Shown here: positions 54,901 through 64,000 of the stretch, in pieces
Position numbering within the stretch: the stretch's first letter is position 1
Layout: each line of letters starts with the position of its first letter
From: Octopus vulgaris
Lineage: Eukaryota
Assembly: GCA_951406725.2 (NCBI GenBank)
Contig: OX597825.1
Span: 18,972,001-19,036,000, forward strand
Direction: 5' to 3'
DNA length: 64,000 nt
Translations under genes and position numbers: made by a program
Notes under the pieces: model-generated
What the model was told of the DNA's origin: nothing
Database searches by the model: none
Seen by the model: the letters and a program-made list of their open reading frames with translations, nothing else

Positions 54901-55239
54901 TACGATACAGGGATGTGTGCAAGCGCGACCTGAGGACTACCAACATCTGTGTGGACACGTGGGAGGTAACAGCTGCTGACCGCTCTGCCTGGCGTCGGAC
55001 AGTGAGGAAAGGCATTTCCATGGCTGAGGAAAGGAGAGCACAGCTGTGTTCGGACAGGCGGGACAGGAGGAGGACAACTGCAGCAACACCCAACACGTAC
55101 CCATCGACGTTCGTGTGCAGCAACTGTACCAGGGACTGCCACTCTAGAATTGGACTATTCAGTCACAGCAGACGCTGCTCATCATCAAAGTAGGCCCCAC
55201 CCTCGGCGCGACCCATTGTCTATCAAGACAGACGGGAGA

Positions 55240-55241
<2 letters not shown>
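54899..55241 (+). mobile_element. RTE (BovB-like) LINE 3' end
   Basis: RYRDVCKRDL...WEVTAADRSAWR...FVCSNCTRDCHSRIGLFSHSRRC* (C2HC knuckle); 3' hairpin tgtct-atca-agaca. Confidence 0.93.
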
Positions 55242-55306
<65 letters not shown>

Positions 55307-56384
55307 TGTGTGTGTAAACAAACTTTCCATATGCGTTTTCTGCGATTATTTGGTAAGCAGTGCCGATTTTACAATTTTTTTTAATAATAATAATATTCTA
55401 GAAGCATATATCTTATAAGTAATCGGCGTGCATTGACTGAAGTAAATAGACAATATATTGGGGCATATAAGCACTCGACGGAAAGAAGTAGTATATATAT
55501 AGTTATATTTCGGAATGGTCATTTTGCCCGTTTAGCCAATAAAAACACACGCACTATATATTTGGTGTTATTTTGCTTCAGTGTTATTTATTTTTTACAT
55601 TAATCTTAATCTTATTTCGGCCAGAGTTCTTTCGTTACACTCCTGTGACCGCATAAATAAATAAGACTAAGATTAAAGTAAAAAATAAATAACACTGAAG
55701 CAAAATAACACCAAATATATAGTGCGTGTGTTTTTATTGGCTAAACTGGCAAAATGACCATTCCGAAATATAACAATATCTGTTTCAACACACGACTTCA
55801 CATAAAAAATCTTGCACAACAAATATTTAAACGTACTATATATATACAGAAGCAATAGAGACAGAATATAGAATATGATGTCAACGATCGTTTCGACACA
55901 ACCTGCATGGCTCTGTCGTGGGTAGGAAGCTATAAATTTGATTTCGGTGAATCCTACGGTGCGAGACCATGCATCTATATAAGAGTAGGTGCTGAAAAAT
56001 TCCTGATGAGGAGTTATTTTCTTTTGGTATTTTGTCCTGTGTGTTTACGTATTTTTCACTCGTTGGTGATGTCCTGTACTTCGTATGTTTCATTTTATAA
56101 ATATAAATTTTTATAAAGCCAACAGGTAGGAAAGGTGCATATATATCAATTTAACGACGTGACTTCCATAGGAACACGACCGTTTCGCAACTTTGTTCAT
56201 ATTGTATTCATTTAAGTAGGAATTTAATGTGAAAGCTGCAGGATTCTTTGCATTCTTCATTTATACTACTCATTTAGAGACACATTCACACACACATGCA
56301 CACAAACACAAGCAAACACGCGTGCACACGCACACATGTGTGTATGTGTGTGTTTATACAGATTCATACATATACTCATGGATA

Positions 56385-56596
56385 TCATAGATTGATAGAT
56401 AGATAGATAGAGAGAGGTAGACAGACAGATATGTTTCTTTATTATCCACACAGGGTTGAACAAAAGGGGGGACAGACAGATGGATAGACAGACAGATAGA
56501 CAGGGAGATAGATATATAGATAGATAGATTGATTGATAGATAGACAGACAAACAGACAGACAGGCAGATAGATAGCTAGCTAGCTAGCTAGCTAGC

Positions 56597-56652
<56 letters not shown>

Positions 56653-56805
56653 GAGAGATAATAGATAGAGAGAGAGAGACAGACAGATAGATATATATAT
56701 AGATAGAGAGAGAGAGATAGACAGATATACAGATAGATAGATAGATAGACAGACAGATAAATAGAGAGAGGGACAGATATACAGATAGATAGATAGATAG
56801 ATAAA
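56385..56805. repeat. (GATA)n/(GACA)n/(GCTA)n compound tetranucleotide tract
   Basis: Direct reading. Confidence 0.93.
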
Positions 56806-57289
56806 ACGCATATGCATAATTGCATTTGCATACATGCAAACATGACAATAAACAATGAAGGGACGTTGAAATATTAATGTTTTTTTCCCGAGAATATGGT
56901 ACGATACGCCACAGTCTATGTGAACATACCTAACGTTGTGAGTTTGCCAATTTATGCATATAATATTACAAATATAAAATTCAAAGCAAACTATGTACAC
57001 ACCTACATAATTCATATTTTCTCGTGTTGTTTATACACGTATATACTGATATCTTAATGTAATCTTACATTTCAAGGAAATCACTTCTATTCGCATGCGT
57101 GCCCTCATATTTATAAATAAATGCATATGTCTCAACCACTTTTATAGTTATATGTACTTATGAGTATATATCCATAACTACGTGTCCTCATATGCATTAT
57201 ACATATGCATGCATTTGCCTGTGTGCTTCGGTTACTGACGCGTATATTATATATATTTCCCGTGAATGATAATATATTAATTTATTTAG

Positions 57290-57726
57290 ACAACTTCCCG
57301 CAATGAAGACAACGATAAAGATGTCCATAATTTCCTACAAACTTTGAAATACCAGAATTACTTTGAAAGCCACACTCATGTATTCGCAGAAAAACATAGA
57401 ATCAGATATCTACGCACCGAGACTAATAATATCGATGGTAAATGTAAGTCAGAATTACAATGGATAGGCGAGAGACAAAGAAAGTGTAAATCGTTATTTA
57501 AAGATCATATTTCATAGGGCTTCCTCGGCATTTCCTGTTGATGTATATATTGCATGATTCAAACGATAATTCTCTAACTTATCGAGCTTTTATCCTTGTC
57601 AGAAATGCAGCCATAGATGAAGAATTGGTATCGGATAAACGAGAAGAATCTGGGATCTTATCAGATGGTTTCACTGTTCAAACGACTGCAATACGACCCT
57701 TTCGTTTTATAAAGGGTTGCGAATAG
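57290..57726 (+). CDS. Weak candidate two-exon coding segment, product unknown
   Basis: tttag acceptor, stop-free frame to GTAAGT donor at 57444, phase-compatible catag acceptor at 57517, open to TAG 57726. No recognisable domain. Confidence 0.2.
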
Positions 57727-57914
57727 CTGTTAATTCCGTTGTACTTCTAACTGGTCTGAATATTAAACCTTTGCCTCTCTGTTCTGCATCACATATACAA
57801 AACTGAAAAACGGCTCTTCTATTTTATAAAGGATTGGAAATAGTTATTAATTTCATTGAACTGCTAAACTAACTGGATATTAAACCTTTCCATGTCTCTT
57901 GTGAATCTCTTAGT

Positions 57915-58139
57915 TTCTTTTACTCTTTCACTTGTTTCAGTCATTTGACTGTGGCCATGATGGAGCAACGCCTTTAGTCGAGCAAATCGACACCACGACT
58001 TATTCTTTGTAAGCCTAGTACTTATTCTATCGGTCTCTTTTGCCGAACCGCTAGGTTACGGGGACGTAAACACACCACCATCGGTTGTCAAGCGATGTTG
58101 GAGGACAAGCATAGACACACAAACATATACGTACACACA

Positions 58140-58226
<87 letters not shown>

Positions 58227-58400
58227 TTACATATATACGACGGGCTTCTTTCAGTTTCCGCCTACCAAATCCACTCACAAAACTTTAGTCGGCCCGAGGC
58301 TATAGTAAAAGACACTTGCCCTAGGTGCCACGCAGTGGAACTGAACCCGGAACAATGGGGTTGGTAATCAAGCTACTTACCTCACAGCCACTCCTACGCA
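57915..58400 (-). mobile_element. SINE group A, full length
   Basis: Complete reverse copy. Confidence 0.93.
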
Positions 58401-58638
58401 CATATAGTATATATTAGTGATACATAAGTGTACCATGTGTGATATATATAACGGTTTTTCTTTCAACCACAAGTTATTTGCAACTTATGAAAGGAATTCT
58501 TTATATTACTTAGAACGCATGAAACCAGGGCTACAAGTTTCAAAAGTTCATTTTCATAGGTTTGTCTCAAACGTCCATGCTTTTCATACTAAAATTCTCG
58601 TCCACGCTTGTTTTCATACTAAAAGTCTGAGAGACTTT

Positions 58639-58829
58639 TAGGCGTAGGAGTGGCTGTGTGGTAAGTAGCTTGCTTCCCAACCACATGATTCCTGGTTCAT
58701 TCCCACTGCGTGGCACCTTGGGCAAGTGTCTTCTACAATAGCCTCGGGCTGACCAAAGCCTTGTGAGTGGATTTTGAAGACGGAAACTGAAAGAAGACCG
58801 TCGTATACGTATGTATGTAAGTATGTATG

Positions 58830-58882
<53 letters not shown>

Positions 58883-59107
58883 GTATGTGTGTGTATGTGT
58901 TTGTTTGTCTGTGTTTGTCCCCCAACATCGCTTGACAACCGATGCTGGTGTGTTTACGTCCCCGTACCTTAACGGTTCGGCAAAAGATCCCGATTGAATA
59001 AGTACTAGGCTTACAAAGATTACGTCCTGGGGTCGATTTGCTCGACTAAAGGTGATGCTCCAGCATGGCCACAGTCAAATCACTGAAACATGTAAAAGAG
59101 TAAAGAA
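58639..59107 (+). mobile_element. SINE group A, full length
   Basis: Complete copy. Confidence 0.93.
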
Positions 59108-59749
59108 TAGAAGACACACGTGTAGAGTAAAGCAAGAGAAGTTAGAACCCTAGACCCGGTGGCTGCGAACCTAACTCCTTAACCAACCAACTACGTCAGT
59201 ACCTTTCTTTTTATCAATAAGTCGATGGATAGTGCAACAGCACGTTGTTAAAGATGAATATGTCTCTCTGCGTTGCCGCATCTACTAATAATAGACTCAA
59301 TATTTGATCAATTGTAGTTCAGTCGTCAATTACTTAATTGCTTAATTGTTTAATTTATGGTTCTTCAATAATAATATCTGACTTTCTTAGCGACCTCTAT
59401 GAAATTGAAGATTATCATACCGATACATTGTATTAAATGGATCTCACGTAGCGATACAGAAATAAATGAATGAATTCAGAAAATGCATTTTTTCACTCAC
59501 TTGCACTGAGTTACTACACCTGCCTTTAGTCTCTCTTATAACTTTAGGACCCATGCCAACATGATATATTCGAAATATAAACGTATTTCTAAGTGCGATG
59601 ATAAACCTTACTAAGGATTTTTCAAAATGGCGCTGTGAAATAAATCGATTATATTGACTTCAATACACGTGTTTGATTTTGGAATTTGATTTATGTACTT
59701 GATTATGTATTTGATCTATGAATTCATAGCTGTCACATCAATGAGTTGC

Positions 59750-60106
59750 GCTTTTTTGGCAAATCACAGTTTTTACATAGTAAACAATAGCATGTATTCT
59801 AATTTGGTACATCGTTCGTACATTCCGAATCCCGATTTTTGTTGTAGCTCTGGCTCTCAGAACCGAGTGCTTCGTAGCCATAATATTCTTTAGGTTTTGA
59901 TTATGGCCCATCACAAGTAGCGGTTCTCCGATGCCTTCTTTGGTATGTTGATCGCTCTTCTGAATTTTTCCTGTCATTTCTTTTAAGGTACTTCATTTGT
60001 AGATGGCAGCACTGTTGTTTGCCCCCAAAACTTACTGCCTCTTTCTCTGGGCATGGGACGGGCAACGTCCGTCACAGAATGCACTGTGAAGCACAGGAGG
60101 GCCTAA
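59750..60106 (-). mobile_element. RTE LINE 5' end (5' UTR and start of AP endonuclease)
   Basis: LRARATTKIGIRNVRTMYQ matches the IGTWNVRTM start of RTE APE domains. Confidence 0.75.
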
Positions 60107-60819
60107 AGCTAATAAATAAATATATATAAAAATAAAAAAAGAACATGTACAAGCTCAAGGCCCTTGGCGAGCTAGCTAATTAACGGTATCAATTAATTGC
60201 CATTAACATATTTGGTTGTGTGCTTATGTTAGAAACGGTCTATTCGTCTCAGAAAATTAGAAGCAAGTGGCAGTAGCGATAAATTAGCCGGCAAAATGGT
60301 AGCAATATTTACATACTTCCCTTCGGTTTCTGAGTTCAAATGCCACCATAGCCCTCTCTTTCACTCTCCATTCAAGTTCCATCAAATTTCCTAGCTTTCA
60401 GCTTCCAAGATTGAATTAATTGAATACACACCTACTCAAAAATGTAAACCACTTTTCTAAAACTTAGTATTTATCTAAATAAAATGCAGCTAGGTCAAAG
60501 AAACAAGACAGCACTACCGAAATCAATTAACTGCAGTTTAGACTTTTCCTTTAATTATAATTGATATTCGATTTATCGAATATACTCCATTACATTCCAC
60601 ATTTAATCTCTGATTCATTTTCTGACATCAAAACTTATGTGAGGAAGAGTGGATGAGATTTCCAAATATCTATAAAGATGTAGGCGTGATACTTCGCCAC
60701 TACATTAATAAACATATTGAAAGTAGTTTTAATGTGAACTTGTCATTTTCGGTTTGAATGTTTAATCCTTGAGCTGCTGGTATTTGTAAATAAAATATTT
60801 GCACCTATCAATATAAAAT

Positions 60820-61192
60820 AATAATAATGAAATTATTGTACACAGTGCTCAGGTGCACCACAACTTGTCAAAAAGTGCGTATAAAGTATATGCAGTAATG
60901 TACAAATGTCTGGAAAGCGAACAGTGTATGAGTCAGATACATGCTTGCGTGTGTATGGAGGGAAGAAAATCAGGTGTAGTGTTGGTGAATCTCAGGAAGC
61001 ATGGGAGCTTTGAAGGATGTAGTGCTCCGACAACTAACAACTGATGCCGGCAGTCTGTTCCATGCTTCAGCAACTCTCAGCCTGAAAAAATGTTTCCTAA
61101 AGTCATGGAAGCTGTGCTGTTTTCTGACTTTGTAAACATGTCCACGGATGTTAGACAGGTGGAGTTTGAAAAGTTACTCCGAGTTATTGTTA
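60820..61192 (-). mobile_element. CR1-group LINE 3' end
   Basis: NIRGHVYKVRKQ...RKHFFRLRVAEAWNRLPASVVSC...SFK, then 3' UTR and (ATT)n tail. Confidence 0.92.
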
Positions 61193-61509
61193 TGTTAAAT
61201 AAAATTCTAAGAACAATCTTTGGGTTACAATCTAAAATAAACAACTCAACTAGAAAATCTTCTACGAATTCACACGAGATGATAACGTATCATCTCATTT
61301 GAAAAAAAAAATGGAAGGACATATTGGATAATTTAGTTATAGATTCACCATGATTGAAAAATAAAGACCAAAAGTGTCATAACTGGAAGACCCTTGGTCA
61401 TCTGTCTGACCAGTAAAAGATGGTTTAGAGCTCAACATTGACTACAGCCATTTCTCCAGCTCCAAGTTCATTACAAACATAATTACACATTCGTACTGAC
61501 CCTACGGCA

Positions 61510-61828
61510 CTTAGTCGGTTAAGACGACGTGGAGTTTAGCTGATCCGATAAACTGAACGATCTGATCGTGAAATTAATGTTCAAGTGGCTGAGTATTCCA
61601 CAAACATGGGTAACCTTCATTTAGTTCTCAGGCATCTTCAGCGTGACAGAGGATGTGAGAATGATGGTCCTTTGAAATAAAGGTAAAACTAATTTTTGCT
61701 AGGTAAATGGACTGGAATAACGTAAAATAAAATATATTGCTCAAGTACACTACACACCGTCAGGAATCGAACTCACAGCTTTACAATCTTGAGCCGAATA
61801 ACGTAAACACTTATTCACGCACCTTCAC
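61510..61828 (-). mobile_element. SINE group B, diverged
   Basis: Reverse of 24197-24516. Confidence 0.8.
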
Positions 61829-62789
61829 AAACACGCGCGCATGTAAACACACTCAAGCATACATGTGATTGTACATGTGTTTTTATGTATGTTTTGCATG
61901 TATGTGTGTAGGTGTAATTATAAGGCGAGAGAGAGAGAGAGTGGGGGGAGATAATACTTCTTTTTTAAGCCTGTAAGTTATAAAGCCGATGCATTTGAGC
62001 AGACGACGAATTTTGATAGCATTCTCTTATCTAATATTGCATTAAAAAAATTGAATATAACGTACATATCATGTTTGGTAGTTAACAATGAATCATGGTA
62101 TTGTTGCTTACGAAACCTTCCATTCCTTGTTCTTACATTTGAACGTTTCTTTACTTCTTTGATTGTGTTTGAACGTGTGTTTGTGTGAGTGTGAGTATGT
62201 GTGTGCGTCTGTGTGTATTCAACTCAGTTTGTACTCCAGCGCTAGTTAAAAGCATCTGCATCGTTGGTATTCTCTTCTCTTTCTATAAATGATAGTTCAG
62301 AACGAACGTCAGAGCAGCTCTGCACTCATCGTTGGCCAATCCGCTTTGCTGTGGGTCCATTATAATAAAAGAAGCTTAATGTAAAGCTTGAGATGCATTT
62401 CTTTGCTGAATTAATCAGGATCCTATGATATTTCGTGTTATTTTATTTCAGGGTAATTATAATATTTACTAATGGAACGAGCTCGCTAAGTAACCGATGT
62501 TTAATACAATTTGAACCATGGTGTTTGTTATCGTATTTTCTTTTCTGTCTCTAATATCTTCATTGGCTTTTGACAAATGTCTATTATTTCCAGAAACGAA
62601 GCTACGGTTATAGGAGCGGGTACCCACATTGCTATCAGAAACAAGCAGCCTTATCGGATTTCCTTCTAAAAATATGACAAGCAGGTCAATTTGTTTTCTT
62701 AATTTAAAGCGATCTCTTGCCAGACAGTTAGCTGCCAAACAAAACGTAGTGAGACAGTTTCCTTCGTGCATTTTTACTCGTCAACTTTA

Positions 62790-63355
62790 CGGGTTGTCCG
62801 GAAAGTTCTTGCCGATTTTAAGAGGAAAATAAAAGGTCAATAAATACTTGTCATTACATTTTTAATCAACCAAATATGAAACATTTTGTTGCACAATGCG
62901 TCTCCATCTTTCCTTTAACTTGAAAATATCCTCTACCCTCAATTGATGTGGCTTCATGGCAAAGAATTCATCGAGGTATCCATTTACGTCATCCAAGGAA
63001 TTGAAATTTTTACCATTAAGACTATTCTGCAGAGACCTGAATATGTGAAAATCCGAAGGAGCAATATCTGGTGAATATGGAGGGTGGAGTAACACAACCC
63101 AGCCGAGCTGCAGCAATTTTTGTTTGGTTCCCAAAGCATCAAGTGCCGAAAATGAACTTTCTTTTATTCTATTTTAAAGGGTTACAGAATTAACAGAGGT
63201 TATAGGAACATAAACCTTCTTCCACGAATAGATAGCTTAAACTGTGCTCTAAACTGGGGATATAGTCAAATCCTATTTTACGGAGTCAACCATGTTCTAA
63301 AATAATTCGAAAGGTAAGCTACTATAAATCGGCACGAACTTTTCGGACAACCCAA
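62790..63355 (-). mobile_element. Internally deleted mariner transposon
   Basis: TIRs gggttgtccggaaagttcttgccgattt / aaatcggcacgaacttttcggacaaccc with flanking TA; HPPYSPDIAPSDFH motif. Confidence 0.95.
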
Positions 63356-63647
63356 TACACATGCAGTAGTATTATCATGCATGTGCGAATACATTTAAAA
63401 GCTTTTCAATCCAATTTCCATTGCACCATTTGAAGGGAATATTGGTAAACTGAGTTCAGTGGAGTGAATTTTAATCGCTGTCTTATATTGAATTTAGGCA
63501 AACACAAATTCATCCTTATATCTACGAATAAGACCGGCGAGCTTTGCTTAGCGCCAATATAACTGTGACTGGGAGCATCAACGATTACAACTCTTTCAAT
63601 AGTTATCATAACGTTTTGTTATACATATTTAAGACTGCCCTTTTTCC

Positions 63648-63840
63648 TTCTTTTTACTTGTTTCAGTCATTTGACTGTGGCCATGCTGGAGCACCGCCTT
63701 TAGTCGAGCAAAATCTACCCCAGGACTTATTCTTTGGAAGCCTAGTACTTATTCTATCGGTCTGTTTTGCCGAACCGTTAAGCTACGGGTACGTAAACAC
63801 ACCATCATCGGTTGGGGAGACAAACACAGATACTCAAACA
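63648..63840 (-). mobile_element. SINE group A tail half
   Basis: tttacttgtttcagtcatttgactgtggccatgctggagc... Confidence 0.9.
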
Positions 63841-63841
63841 T

Positions 63842-63888
<47 letters not shown>

Positions 63889-63897
63889 AATAAATAA

Positions 63898-63928
<31 letters not shown>

Positions 63929-63930
63929 TA

Positions 63931-64000
63931 GTTACTCCAAACATGAACAAAGAGTAAACACAACAACGCGAGGAAAGAAAGAAGGAGGATGTAACGTTTC
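63931..64000 (-). mobile_element. Partial relative of the 48305-48510 element at the window edge
   Basis: Reverse reads gaaacgttacatcctccttc...ctcgcgttgttgtg then (TA)n. Confidence 0.6.

Noticed and set aside
62469-62832. Overlapping 100-aa and 67-aa ORFs beside the mariner
   Set aside because: No convincing motif; at most a faint MULE-like remnant that cannot be supported by eye.

Overview
AT-rich, repeat-saturated eukaryotic genomic DNA (intronic or intergenic) with a 100-N scaffold gap at 25073-25172. The SINE repertoire and the density of (TA)n/(AAT)n/(GATA)n microsatellites point to a coleoid cephalopod, most likely Octopus (inference from recognised repeat families). No intact protein-coding gene, tRNA or rRNA can be supported; nearly all ORFs in the track are microsatellite or SINE read-through. 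The window holds about 40 copies of four modular tRNA-derived SINE groups (labelled A-D here), remnants of R4/Dong, RTE/RTE-X, CR1, CRE and Penelope-like retroelements, two non-autonomous Helitrons, an internally deleted mariner, and piggyBac- and hAT-type MITEs. The most interesting signals are RNA-structural: a recurring hammerhead-like motif in small (TA)n-embedded elements, a decayed twister-like motif at an RTE 5' end, a possible HDV-like fold at the 5' end of a non-coding (AAT)n-embedded element, and three long hairpins in (TA)n tracts. All ribozyme calls were made by eye on degenerate copies and are untested. A weak two-exon candidate (57290-57726) and an RFX X-box match (16345) are the only hints of host function. 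Repeat boundaries are approximate unless a TSD or terminus is quoted.
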